This document shows, piece by piece, positions 10,106 through 22,962 of a stretch of 64,000 bases of DNA (position 1 is its first letter; each line of letters starts with the position of its first letter). Both the position numbers and the translations under genes were made by a program. Below the pieces are notes generated by a model that saw only the letters and a program-made list of their open reading frames with translations, did no database searches and was not told the DNA's origin. The DNA lies in contig CATNEN010000018.1 of the NCBI GenBank assembly GCA_950097015.1, positions 124,001 to 188,000 on the forward strand, given 5' to 3'. Source of the DNA: Macrostomum hystrix (lineage: Eukaryota > Animalia > Platyhelminthes).

Positions 10106-11718
10106 CTTCCAACCCAGCCGACACTCAACGAGGCTCCGCCCTGAGACCGTCTGTGGACCAAGTCACCGCCCGCCGCCTCTGCCGCTACCCTCCCATCGCG
10201 CCGCTGCAGCCACCAAGAGTCTCCAACTCCAACATCCCCCAGTCCGTGCTGCAGTCGCTCGAGCGAGACCTCACCGCTGACTCATCGCCCTGTCACGTGG
10301 TGCACGCAGCTCCTCCCGGAATGGGGGGCCAGCAGCTCCGAGTGAGCAGCAGCTTCCTGGAGAGGCGACTGCTGCGAAGTCTCAGCACTCTGCAAGGCCA
10401 GCTGTTCGTCACACTCAAGTGGCTGCTGAAGAAGAAAATCTCAAACGTCGGCTTCAAGTCCTATCACGCAAAGACCGTCACGTTCCGAATGCTGGAGGAG
10501 ACACCTGCTGAGCAGTGGAAGCCGGAGAATCTCGTGAGACTCACGACACGCTCGCTGAAGATTTTGCTGGACGGTGTGGAGAGCGGCTGCAGATCAGACA
10601 CACCTGACGGTCGGATCCTGGAGCACTTCTTCCTGAGCGATGCCGCTGTGTACCTGAAGGGCTTGAAGTCAGCTGAGAGAGTGAGCGAAGCGTTGAATCG
10701 GGCAGCCGGCGCATTGAGTGACGCCATGGCTGAGCTGCCTCAGCTGCTGCTGCAGTTCGAGGACAGTCTGCGACCCGTCACCGACTCGGGCCGATTCCAC
10801 TTCCACCCGTTCCTCATCCTGCCTCTACTCAATGACCGACCCGTGTCAGAAGCCAAGACATGCGAGTTCCACGAGATCTACGACATCGTGAGAGAGTCCG
10901 TGCTTCGTCTGTCCGATGGAGACCGCAGCCCGCAGTCCCGAGAGAGTCTCGCAGAGCTGATCAACAAACTGCCAGACTGCGCCCGATCAGCGCGAGAGTC
11001 TCTCAGAGCGCTGGCCTGCCTGAAGTTCGGCGACAGACGCACTGCTGAAAAAGTTGTGAGCGACTGCGGGCAGTTCAGTGCGAGCAGAGGCATCGATTGG
11101 GGAGCTGAGAGGTCGGCGAGTGAGGCCACTGCGGACTTTGTGTGGCAGCACCTGAAGAGCCGAGACTCCGCCTGGAAATTCTGCTTGGAGTTTGACGAGC
11201 GACCGAAGCTGCCGATTGAGCACGAAGTCTTTGCCGACTGCTTTCCGCTGCTGATTAACTACAGCACATACTTCTACCTGAACTTTGACGCTCTGCTGCG
11301 GGCTCTTTGCAATGAGCTGACAGTAGCAGGAGACGCGAGCGATCAGGACTGGATCCGGGATGTGGCTCAGAGGGAGGATGCGGATGAGCAGGAGCTGCTG
11401 GTGGCTGCGGCGATCTGCGGAGATCTGGAGCTGCTGCGGCGGCTGCGCAGAAGAATCACTCACGAGCTGTGCCGGCTGCCAGGGTGGCTGCAGCAGAAGA
11501 TTGAGAGGCTGAGCAGTCAAGGTGAAGATCGCCAAAACCAAGGTGAAGATCGCCAAGACCAAGGTGAAGATCGCCAAGACCAAGGTGAAGATCGCCAAGA
11601 CCAAGGTGAAGATCGCCAAGACCAAGGTGAAGATTGCCAAGACCAAGGTGAAGATCGCCAAGACCAAGGTGAAGATCGCCAAGACCAAGGTGAAGATCGC
11701 CAAGACCAAGGTGAATAA
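10106..11718 (+). CDS. ANK-cGLR copy A, exon 3: Mab-21/cGAS-like C-terminal part plus helical extension and QGEDRQD repeats
   Basis: Acceptor TTTTTCTCCAG|CT gives G+CT = Ala, in phase. Motifs are SVDQVTA (third carboxylate), [28 protein letters not shown] and LEHFF. The spliced CDS is 1388+350+1613 = 3351 nt = 1116 aa. Confidence 0.88.
11518..11715 (+). repeat. 21-bp coding repeat (QGEDRQD)x9
   Basis: Unit is CAAGGTGAAGATCGCCAAGAC. Copy B has about 1.5 units. Confidence 0.95.
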
Positions 11719-11981
11719 GCATTTGAGCATTCGAGTCGGAGTCAACTTGCATTCCAAGAAAGAAAAACCAGTTGTGGATCCAAATGCTGCCGGTGCTGTG
11801 TGTGTTTGTGACCCTAAAGTGGATGCCAAGAAGACGATTCAACCAGAAAATCAGAAAACACATTTTAACAGAAATTCTACGATCGACTGCAAAGCCATGA
11901 AAAATATGGATATGAAAACGGGCCTCAAATCCTGCAGCTCGGACGCCGCCCTCCGCCATTTCCACAAAATTAATATAGAAA

Positions 11982-14900
11982 TTCAGGCCAGTGACCATTA
12001 AACTTCAGGCCAGTGACTATCGAAATTCAGGCCAGTGACCATTAAACTTCAGGCCATTGACCATTAAACTTCAGGCCAGAGACCATCGAAATTCAGGCCA
12101 GTGACCATTAAACTTCAGGCCAGAGACCATCGAAATTCAGGCCATTGACCATTAAACTTCAGGCCAGTGACTATCGAAATTCAGGCCAGTGACCATTAAA
12201 CTTCAGGCCATTGACCATTAAACTTCAGGCCAGTGACCATCGAAATTCAGGCCAGAGACCATTAAACTTCAGGCCATTGACCATTAAACTTCAGGCGAGA
12301 GACCATCGAAATTCAGGCCAGTGACCATTAAACTTCAGGCCAGAGACCATCGAAATTCAGGCCATTGACCATTAAACTTCAGGCCAGTGACTATCGAAAT
12401 TCAGGCCAGTGACCTACCAACTTATGGGCCAGTGATCATCGAACTTCAGGCCAGTGACAATCGAACTGCAGGCCAGTGACCATTGAACTTCAGCCTCGTG
12501 CTTTGTGAGTGAGTCCTACCTCCTCAGGCCAGTGACAATCGAACTTCAGGCCAGTGACTATCGAACTTTAGGCCTGTGATAATCGAACTTCAGGCCAGTG
12601 ACCATCGAACTTCAGGCCAGTGACCATTGAACTTCAGGCCAGTGACTATTGAACTTCAGCCTCGTGCTTTCTGAGTGAGTCATGTCTCCTCAGGCCAGTG
12701 ACCTACCAACTTATGGGCCAGTGATCATCGAACTTCAGGCCAGTGACAATCGAACTGCAGGCCAGTGACCATTGAACTTCAGCCTCGTGCTTTGTGAGTG
12801 AGTCCTACCTCCTCAGGCCAGTGACAATCGAACTTCAGGCCAGTGACTATCGAACTTTAGGCCTGAGATAATCGAACTTCAGGCCAGTGACCATCGAACT
12901 TCAGGCCAGTGACCATTGAAATTCAGGCCAGTGACTATTGAACTTCAGCCTCGTGCTTTCTGAGTGAGTCATGTCTCCTCAGGCCAGTGACCTACCAACT
13001 TATGGGCCAGTGATCATCGAACTTCAGGCCAGTGACAATCGAACTGCAGGCCAGTGACCATTGAACTTCAGCCTCGTGCTTTGTGAGTGAGTCCTACCTC
13101 CTCAGGCCAGTGACCATCGAACTTCAGGCCAGTGACCATCGAACTTCAGGCCAGTGACCACTGACCAGTGACCAGTGACTATTGAACTTCAGCCTCGTGC
13201 TTTGTGAGTGAGTCCAACCTCCTCAGGCCAGTGACCGAATAACATCAGGCCTGTGACCATCGAACTTCAGTCTCGTGCTTGGGGAGTGAGTCCTACCTTC
13301 CCAGGCCAGTGACCAAATAACTTCCGGCCAGTGACTATCAAACTTCAGGCCAGTGACCATCGAACTTCAGTCTCGTGCTTTGTGAGTGAGTCCTACCTCC
13401 TTAGGCCAGTGACCTAATAACTTCAGGCCAGTGACTATCAAACTTCAGGCCAGTGACTATCAAACTTCAGGCCAGAGACCATCGAACTTCAGGCCAGCGA
13501 CCATCGAACATCAGGCTCGTGCTCTTTTAGTGAGTCCTACCTCCTCAGGCCAGTGACCATCGAACTTCAGGCTCGTGCTTTGTGAGTGAGTCTTGCCTTC
13601 TCAGGCCAGTGACTTTCAAACTTCAGGCCAGTGACCATCTAACTTCAGGCCAGTGACCATCTAACTTCAGGCCAGTGACCATCTAACTTCAGGCCAGTGA
13701 CCATCGAACTTCAGTCTTGTGCTTTGTGAGTGAGTCCTACCTCCTTAGGCCAGTGACCTAATAACTTCAGGCCAGTGACTATCGAACTTCAGGCCAGTGA
13801 CCATCGAACTTCAGGCAAGTGACCATCGAACTTCAGGCTCCTGCTTTGTGAGTGAGTCATGCCTCCTCAGGCCAGTGACCTACCAACTAATGGGCCAGTG
13901 ACCATCGAACTTCAGGCCAGTGAATATCGAACTTCAGGCCAGTGACCATTGAACTTCAGCCTCGTGCTTTCTGAGTGAGACCTACCTCCTTAGGCCAGTG
14001 ACCTAATAACTTCAGGCCAGTGACTATCGAACTTCAGGCCAGAGACCATCGAACTTCAGGCCAGTGACTATCGAACTTCAGGCCAGAGACCATCGAACTT
14101 CAGGCCAGTGACCATCGAACTTCAGGCTCCTGCTTTGTGAGTGAGTCCTACCTCCTCAGGCCAGTGACTGTCGTACTTCAGGCCAGAGACCATCGAACTT
14201 CAGGCTCCTGCTTTGTGAGTGAGTCCTACCTCCTCAGGCCAGTGACTGTCGTACTTCAGGCCAGAGACCATCGAACTTCAGGCTCCTGCTTTGTGAGTGA
14301 GTCCTACCGCCTCAGGCAAGTGACCATCGAACTTCAGGCTCGTGCTTTGTGAGTGAGTCATGCCTCCTCATGCCAGTGACTTTCAAACTTCAGGCCAGTG
14401 ACTATCTAACTTCAGGCAAGTGACCATCGAACTTCAGGACAGTGACCATCGAACTTCAGGCTCGTGCTTTGTGAGTGAGTCCTACCTCCTCAGGCCAGTG
14501 ACTGTCGTACTTCAGGCCAGAGACCATCGAACTTCAGGCTCCTGCTTTGTGAGTGAGTCCTACCGCCTCAGGCAATTGACCATCGAACTTCAGGCTCGTG
14601 CTTTGTGAGTGAGTCTTACCTGCTCAGGCCAGTGACTCTTGAACTTCAGGCCAGAGACAATCGAACTTCAGGCAAGTGACCATCGAACTTCAGGCCAGTG
14701 ACCATCGAACATCAGGCTCGTGCTCTTTTAGTGAGTCCTACCTCCTCAGGACAGTGACCATCGAACTTCAGGCTCGTGCTTTGTGAGTGAGTCCTACCTC
14801 CTTAGGCCAGTGACCATTGAACTTCAGCCTCGTGCTTTCTGAGTGAGTCCTACCTCCTTAGGCCAGTGACCTAATAACTTCAGGCCAGTGACTATCGAAC

Positions 14901-17900
14901 TTCAGGCCAGAGACCATCGAACTTCAGGCCAGTGACTATCGAACTTCAGGCCAGTGACTATCGAACTTCAAGCTCGTGCTTTGTGAGTGAGTCATGCCTC
15001 CTCATGCCAGTGACTTTCAAACTTCAGGCCAGTGACTATCGAACTTCAGGACAGAAAACATCGAACTTCAGGCAAGTGACCATCGAACTTCAGGCCAGTG
15101 ACCATCGAACATCAGGCTCGTGCTCTTTTAGTGAGTCCTACCTCCTCAGGACAGTGACCATCGAACTTCAGGCTCGTGCTTTGTGAGTGAGTCATGCCTT
15201 CTCAGGCCAGTGACTTTCAAACTTCAGGCCAGTGACTATCGAACTTCAGGCCAGAGACCGTCGAACTTCAGGCCAGTGACAATCGAACTTCAGTCTCGTG
15301 CTTTGTGAATGAGTCCTACCTCCTCAGGCCAGTGACCATCGAACTTCAGGCCAGTGACCATTGAAATTCAGGCCAGTGACTATTGAACTTCAGCCTCGTG
15401 CTTTCTGAGTGAGTCATGTCTCCTCAGGCCAGTGACCTACCAACTTATGGGCCAGTGATCATCGAACTTCAGGCCAGTGACAATCGAACTGCAGGCCAGT
15501 GACCATTGAACTTCAGCCTCGTGCTTTGTGAGTGAGTCCTACCTCCTCAGGCCAGTGACAATCGAACTTCAGGCCAGTGACTATCGAACTTTAGGCCTGA
15601 GATAATCGAACTTCAGGCCAGTGACCATCGAACTTCAGGCCAGTGACCATTGAAATTCAGGCCAGTGACTATTGAACTTCAGCCTCGTGCTTTCTGAGTG
15701 AGTCATGTCTCCTCAGGCCAGTGACCTACCAACTTATGGGCCAGTGATCATCGAACTTCAGGCCAGTGACAATCGAACTGCAGGCCAGTGACCATTGAAC
15801 TTCAGCCTCGTGCTTTGTGAGTGAGTCCTACCTCCTCAGGCCAGTGACCATCGAACTTCAGGCCAGTGACCATCGAACTTCAGGCCAGTGACCACTGACC
15901 AGTGACCAGTGACTATTGAACTTCAGCCTCGTGCTTTGTGAGTGAGTCCAACCTCCTCAGGCCAGTGACCGAATAACATCAGGCCTGTGACCATCGAACT
16001 TCAGTCTCGTGCTTGGGGAGTGAGTCCTACCTTCCCAGGCCAGTGACCATCGAACTTCAGGCCAGTGACTATCGAACTTCAGGCTCGTGCTTTGTGAGTG
16101 AGTCATGCCTCCTCAGGCCAGTGACCTACCAACTTATGGGCCAGTGACCATCTAACTTCAGGCCAGTGAATATCGAACTTCGGGCCTGTGGCCATTGAAC
16201 TTCAGCCTCGTGCTTTCTGAGTGAGTCCTACCTCCTTAGACCAGTGACCTAATAACTTCAGGCCAGTGACTATCAAACTTCAGGCCAGTGACCATCGAAC
16301 TTCAGTCTCGTGCTTTGTGAGTGAGTCCTACCTCCTAAGGTCATTGACTATCGAACTTCAGGACAGTAATCATCGAACTTCAGGCTCGTGCAATGTGAGT
16401 GAGTCCTATCTCCTCAGGCCAGTGACCTAATAACTTCAGGCCAGTGACCATCGAACTTCAGGCCAGTGAATATCGAACTTCAGGCCTGTGGCTATCGAAC
16501 TTAAGGCCAGTGACCATCGAACTTCAGGCCAGTGACCATTGAACTTCAGCCTCGTGCTTTCTGAGTGAGTCCTACCTCCTTAGGCCAGTGACCAAATAAC
16601 TTCCGGCCAGTGACTATCAAACTTCAGGCCAGTGACCATTGAACTTCAGCCTCGTGCTTTCTGAGTGAGTCCTACCTCCTTAGGCCAGTGACCAAATAAC
16701 TTCCGGCCAGTGACCATCGAACTTCAGTCTCGTGCTTTGTGAGTGAGTCCTACCTCCTTAGGCCAGTGACCTAATAACTTCAGGCCAGTGACTATCAAAC
16801 TTCAGGCCAGTGACTATCAAACTTCAGGCCAGAGACCATCGAACTTCAGGCCAGCGACCATCGAACATCAGGCTCGTGCTCTTTTAGTGAGTCCTACCTC
16901 CTCAGGCCAGTGACCATCGAACTTCAGGCTCGTGCTTTCTGAGTGAGTCTTGCCTTCTCAGGCCAGTGACTTTCAAACTTCAGGCCAGTGACCATCTAAC
17001 TTCAGGCCAGTGACCATCTAACTTCAGGCCAGTGACCATCTAACTTCAGGCCAGTGACCATCGAACTTCAGTCTTGTGCTTTGTGAGTGAGTCCTACCTC
17101 CTTAGGCCAGTGACCTAATAACTTCAGGCCAGTGACTATCGAACTTCAGGCCAGTGACCATCGAACTTCAGGCAAGTGACCATCGAACTTCAGGCTCCTG
17201 CTTTGTGAGTGAGTCATGCCTCCTCAGGCCAGTGACCTACCAACTTATGGGCCAGTGACCATCGAACTTCAGGCTCCTGCTTTGTGAGTGAGTCATGCCT
17301 CCTCAGGCCAGTGACCTACCAACTTATGGGCCAGTGACCATCGAACTTCAGGCCAGTGAATATCGAACTTCAGGCCAGTGACCATTGAACTTCAGCCTCG
17401 TGCTTTCTGAGTGAGACCTACCTCCTTAGGCCAGTGACCTAATAACTTCAGGCCAGTGACTATCGAACTTCAGGCCAGAGACCATCGAACTTCAGGCCAG
17501 TGACTATCGAACTTCAGGCCAGAGACCATCGAACTTCAGGCCAGTGACCATCGAACTTCAGGCTCCTGCTTTGTGAGTGAGTCCTACCTCCTCAGGCCAG
17601 TGACTGTCGTACTTCAGGCCAGAGACCATCGAACTTCAGGCTCCTGCTTTGTGAGTGAGTCCTACCGCCTCAGGCAAGTGACCATCGAACTTCAGGCTCG
17701 TGCTTTGTGAGTGAGTCATGCCTCCTCATGCCAGTGACTTTCAAACTTCAGGCCAGTGACTATCGAACTTCAGGCAAGTGACCATCGAACTTCAGGACAG
17801 TGACCATCGAACTTCAGGCTCGTGCTTTGTGAGTGAGTCCTACCTCCTCAGGCCAGTGACTGTCGTACTTCAGGCCAGAGACCATCGAACTTCAGGCTCC

Positions 17901-18777
17901 TGCTTTGTGAGTGAGTCCTACCGCCTCAGGCAATTGACCATCGAACTTCAGGCTCGTGCTTTGTGAGTGAGTCTTACCTGCTCAGGCCAGTGACTCTTGA
18001 ACTTCAGGCCAGAGACAATCGAACTTCAGGCAAGTGACCATCGAACTTCAGGCCAGTGACCATCGAACATCAGGCTCGTGCTCTTTTAGTGAGTCCTACC
18101 TCCTCAGGACAGTGACCATCGAACTTCAGGCTCGTGCTTTGTGAGTGAGTCCTACCTCCTTAGGCCAGTGACCATTGAACTTCAGCCTCGTGCTTTCTGA
18201 GTGAGTCCTACCTCCTTAGGCCAGTGACCTAATAACTTCAGGCCAGTGACTATCGAACTTCAGGCCAGAGACCATCGAACTTCAGGCCAGTGACTATCGA
18301 ACTTCAGGCCAGTGACTATCGAACTTCAAGCTCGTGCTTTGTGAGTGAGTCATGCCTCCTCATGCCAGTGACTTTCAAACTTCAGGCCAGTGACTATCGA
18401 ACTTCAGGACAGAAAACATCGAACTTCAGGCAAGTGACCATCGAACTTCAGGCCAGTGACCATCGAACATCAGGCTCGTGCTCTTTTAGTGAGTCCTACC
18501 TCCTCAGGACAGTGACCATCGAACTTCAGGCTCGTGCTTTGTGAGTGAGTCATGCCTTCTCAGGCCAGTGACTTTCAAACTTCAGGCCAGTGACTATCGA
18601 ACTTCAGGCCAGAGACCGTCGAACTTCAGGCCAGTGACAATCGAACTTCAGTCTCGTGCTTTGTGAATGAGTCCTACCTCCTCAGGCCAGTGACCATCGA
18701 ACTTCAGGCCAGTGACCATCGAAGTTCAGGCCACTGACCATCGAACTTCAGGCCACTGACCATTGAACTTTAGGCAA
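11982..18777. repeat. 6.8-kb complex satellite: 22-bp unit GAACTTCAGGCCAGTGACCATC plus a 56-bp variant, with higher-order repeats
   Basis: Period is 22 at the start. There is a 289-bp higher-order repeat (12413, 12702, 12991; 15436, 15725) and a 3358-bp block duplication (14420/17778, 14932/18290). Confidence 0.95.
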
Positions 18778-19093
18778 AGCCAGTGCTAAGTGAATTTGTT
18801 TTTGCTGTTAGTCACAATGCCAAGAGCAAACCATGTGATCCTAAGCACTCAAGCGGCTTTCCTTATCAGATCTTATACCTGGATGCCGAGTCTCATCTCG
18901 AATACCAAAATATTTTCCTAAATCTTTCTTCTAGTCCTAAATATTAGGATGCAAATATTTCCTAAAATCCAGACCTCAAACTCAAACATCTTGGATCACC
19001 CTTTCTCTGGCTCCGTTTCCATAGAAACAAGCAAAACAGCCCTACAAATGTCATGAGAAACAATCGTCATGTATAAGAATAGATGGATGTTTG

Positions 19094-19497
19094 AGTTAGA
19101 CTGTGTCTGTGTTAGACTGTGTTAGACTGTGTCTGTGTTAGACTGTGTCTGTGTTAGACTGTGTCTATGTTAGACTGTCTGTGTTAGACTGTGTCTGTGT
19201 TAGACTGTGTCTGTGTTAGACTGTGTCTGTGTTAGACTGTGTCTGTGTTAGACTGTGTCTGTGTTAGACTGTGTCTGTGTTAGACTGTCTGTGTTAGACT
19301 GTGTCTGTGTTAGACTGTCTGTGTTAGACTGTCTGTGTTAGACTGTGTCTGTGTTAGACTGTGTCTGTGTTAGACTGTGTCTGTGTTAGACTGTGTCTGT
19401 GTTAGACTGTGTCTGTGTTAGACTGTGTCTGTGTTAGACTGTGTCTGTGTTAGACTGTGTCTGTGTTAGACTGTGTCAGTGTTAGACTGTGTCAGTG
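19094..19497. repeat. 16-bp minisatellite GTTAGACTGTGTCTGT
   Basis: About 25 units, with 14-bp variants. Confidence 0.95.
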
Positions 19498-19871
19498 TTC
19501 GCTAACCCAGATCCCTAACCCTGATCCCAAACACTGATCCCCAAACCTAATCACAAACCCTGATCCCTAAAAAAATCCCGGCCACCAAAGGCTGAAAATC
19601 TGATCCCGAAACGATAATAAAGTTCCCTACCCAAATCCCGATTATCGAAGCGTCATCCCGAAACCTGATCCTGGCCCTCGATCCCAAATCCCCATGCAGC
19701 CTTTGAATATGTGATCAATCGAGTAGCCTATCAAACCTGATCCATCATTTTTGAGTCAGTTGCCATAGCAACAAGAACTCCAGCCCCCCAGAGTCCATTG
19801 GAGAAGCCGGGGAATCTTCAGTAAGTTGAGCACTCATATCAGGCAGAGGCTTTGAGCAAATCAGGCGGCCA

Positions 19872-21898
19872 ATGGGAGATGGAGAAAGAGAGAATGGCAG
19901 ATGGAGACAGAGAGAATGGCAGATGGAGACAGAGAGAATGGCAGATGGAGACAGAGAGAATGGCAGATGGAGACAGAGAGAATGGCAGATGGAGACAGAG
20001 AGAATGGCAAATGGAGACAGAGAGAAAGGCAGATGGAGACAGAGAGAATGGCAGATGGAGACAGAGAGAATGGCAGATGGAGACAGAGAATGGGAGATGG
20101 AGACAGAGAGAATGGCAGATGGAGACAGAGAGAATGGCAGATGGAGACAGAGAGAATGGCAAATGGAGACAGAGAGAATGGCAGATGGAGACAGAGAGAA
20201 TGGCAGATGGAGACAGAGAATGGCAGATGGAGACAGAGAGAATGGCAGATGGAGACAGACAGAATGGCAGATGGAGACAGAGAGAATGGCAGATGGAGAC
20301 AGAGAGAATGGCAGATGGAGACAGAGAGAATGGCAGATGGAGACAGAGAGAATGGCCGATGGAGACAGAGAATGGCAGATGGAGACAGAGAATGGCAGAT
20401 GGAGACTGAGAATGGCAGATGGAGACAGAGAATGGCAGATGGAAACAGAGAATGGCAGATGGAGACAGAATGGCAGATGGAGACAGAATGGCAGATGGAG
20501 ACAGAGAATGGCAGATGGAGACAGAATGGCAGATGGAAACAGAGAATGGCAGATGGAGACAGAGAGAATGGTAGATGGAGACAGAATGGCAGATGGAGAC
20601 AGAGAGAATGGCAGATGGAGACAGAGAGAATGGCAGATGGAGACAGACAGAATGGCAGATGGAGACAGAGAGAATGGCAGATGGAGACAGAGAGAATGGC
20701 AAATGGAGACAGAGAGAATGGCAGATGGAGACAGAGAATGGCAGATGGAGACAGAGAATGGCAGATGGAAACAGAGAATGGCAGATGGAGACAGAATGGC
20801 AGATGGAGACAGAGAATGGCAGATGGAGACTGAGAATGGCAGATGGAGACAGAGAATGGCAGATGGAAACAGAGAATGGCAGATGGAGACAGAATGGCAG
20901 ATGGAGACAGAATGGCAGATGGAGACAGAGAATGGCAGATGGAGACAGAATGGCAGATGGAAACAGAGAATGGCAGATGGAGACAGAGAGAATGGTAGAT
21001 GGAGACAGAATGGCAGATGGAGACAGAGAGAATGGCAGATGGAGACAGAGAATGGCAGATGGAGACAGACAGAATGGCAGATGGAGACAGAGAGAATGGC
21101 AGATGGAGACAGAGAGAATGGCAAATGGAGACAGAGAGAATGGCAGATGGAGACAGAGAGAATGGCAAATGGAGACAGAGAGAAAGGCAGATGGAGACAG
21201 AGAGAATGGCAGATGGAGACAGAGAATGGGAGATGGAGACAGAGAGAATGGCAGATGGAGACAGAGAGAATGGCAGATGGAGACAGAGAGAATGGCAAAT
21301 GGAGACAGAGAGAATGGCAGATGGAGACAGAGAGAATGGCAGATGGAGACAGAGAATGGCAGATGGAGACAGAGAGAATGGCAGATGGAGACAGACAGAA
21401 TGGCAGATGGAGACAGAGAGAATGGCAGATGGAGACAGAGAGAATGGCAGATGGAGACAGAGAATGGCAGATGGAGACAGAGAGAATGGCAGATGGAGAC
21501 AGAATGGCAGATGGAGACAGAATGGCAGATGGAGACAAAGAATGGCAGATGGAGACAGAATGGCAGATGGAAACAGAGAATGGCAGATGGAGACAGAGAG
21601 AATGGCAGATGGAGACAGAATGGCAGATGGAGACAGAATGGCAGATGGAGACAGAATGGCAGATGGAAACAGAGAATGGCAGATGGAGACAGAGAGAATG
21701 GCAGATGGAGACAGAATGGCAGATGGAGACAGAATGGCAGATGGAGACAGAATGGCAGATGGAGACAGAGAGAATGGCAGATGGAGACAGAGAGAATGGC
21801 AGATGGAGACAGAGAATGGCAGATGGAGACAGAGAATGGCAGATGGAGACAGAATGGTAGATGGAGACAGAGAGAATGGCAGATGGAGACAGAGAATG
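19872..21898. repeat. 18-22-bp minisatellite GAATGGCAGATGGAGACA(GA)n
   Basis: About 100 units. It produces the spurious 660-730 aa ORFs on both strands. Confidence 0.95.
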
Positions 21899-21939
21899 GG
21901 AGGGCACGGCAGCAGCTGAGCACAATGCCAGTTAATTAA

Positions 21940-22200
21940 GGAGGCCGCGGTTGCGGCAAAAGCCAGTTCAAACTGCAGGGCCAAGCTGAGCTGCCGTACT
22001 CACATCCCTCCCTCCCTCCGCCCTCCGCTCTGAGCAGGACTCGCGATTTCTGTACAATCCGCAGCCTCTCCTGATGGTCCCTCCGAGCACCGAGGCGAAG
22101 GCAAAGGCATCTCGGGCCTGCCTTCTCCGACACAATGGGCCTGTGGGACTCACCCACCTCCCTCCGCTCCGATGAGGCTGAACCGCAGTCTCTCCGCTTC
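21940..22200 (+). pseudogene. Decayed IFI44-like P-loop GTPase (Walker A and G3 in one frame)
   Basis: One frame reads GGRGCGKSQFKL...DFCTIRSLS*WSLRAP...LGPAFSDTMGLWDS. GxxGxGKS is at 21940..21963 and DTMG at 22129..22140, with one internal TGA and a TAA immediately upstream. Confidence 0.5.
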
Positions 22201-22624
22201 TGTCCTCTCCTCTCCTCTTTATTCCCTGCTGTGAGTGCTCGACTTTAAGGGCTGGAGGGGGTCACCGCCCGACGTGAAGCAGTCCAGATTCTGCTCAGCA
22301 TCGAGTTGAGCACGGTACTGTCTGAACACAATTATCCAGAGAGGCTGTAACTAAGGGGCAGCCACCCCACTCCCAGACAGAGGCATTGTGCTGAGGGGTT
22401 TATCTGAGCACAGTGAGCCTTCACAGCTTCACAAACTGCGGCCTTAGCAGTAGACAGGCAGGCTGAGATGGGTTGAGAAGAATGGATGGGCCGCTGCTGA
22501 GTTCATGATTTTATGAGTTTGAGAACAGTCGGAGAATGCCTGCCTGCCTGTGCCAAAGCTTGTTAAGTGCTGTAGAATGCTGTGTGTGCTGATGATGAGG
22601 GGAACAATCTTCAATAAATTTTAC

Positions 22625-22962
22625 AACCCCGAATCCACAGCCCTGAATCCACTGCCCTGAATCCACAACCCTGAATCCACACCCTGAATTCACAACCCTG
22701 AATCCACTGCCCTGAATCCACAACCCTGAATCCACAACCCAGAATCCACAACCCTGAATCCACAACCCTGAATCCACAACCCTGAATCCACAACCCTGAA
22801 TCCACAACCCTGAATCCACAGCCCTGAATCCACAACCCTGAATCCACAACCCTGAATCCACAGCCCTGAATCCACAGCCCTGAATACAGAACCCTGAATC
22901 CACAACCCTGAATCCACAACCCTGAATCCACAACCCTGAATCCACAACCCTGAATACAGAAC
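22625..22962. repeat. 14-bp minisatellite AATCCACAACCCTG
   Basis: About 24 units. Confidence 0.95.

Noticed and set aside
11982-18777. CRISPR-like repeat/spacer pattern (22-bp repeat alternating with a longer segment)
   Set aside because: The 'spacers' are recurring variants of one sequence rather than unique. The context is eukaryotic and there are no cas genes.
19500-19700. Telomeric repeat
   Set aside because: Only an isolated CCCTAACCCT within degenerate CTGATCCC repeats.
19745-21984. 300-730 aa ORFs in most frames
   Set aside because: Minisatellite with variable unit length, open on both strands, with no coding signal.
22069-22077. Shared in-frame TGA as selenocysteine
   Set aside because: No SECIS was seen, other stops and truncations surround it, and CpG decay explains it.
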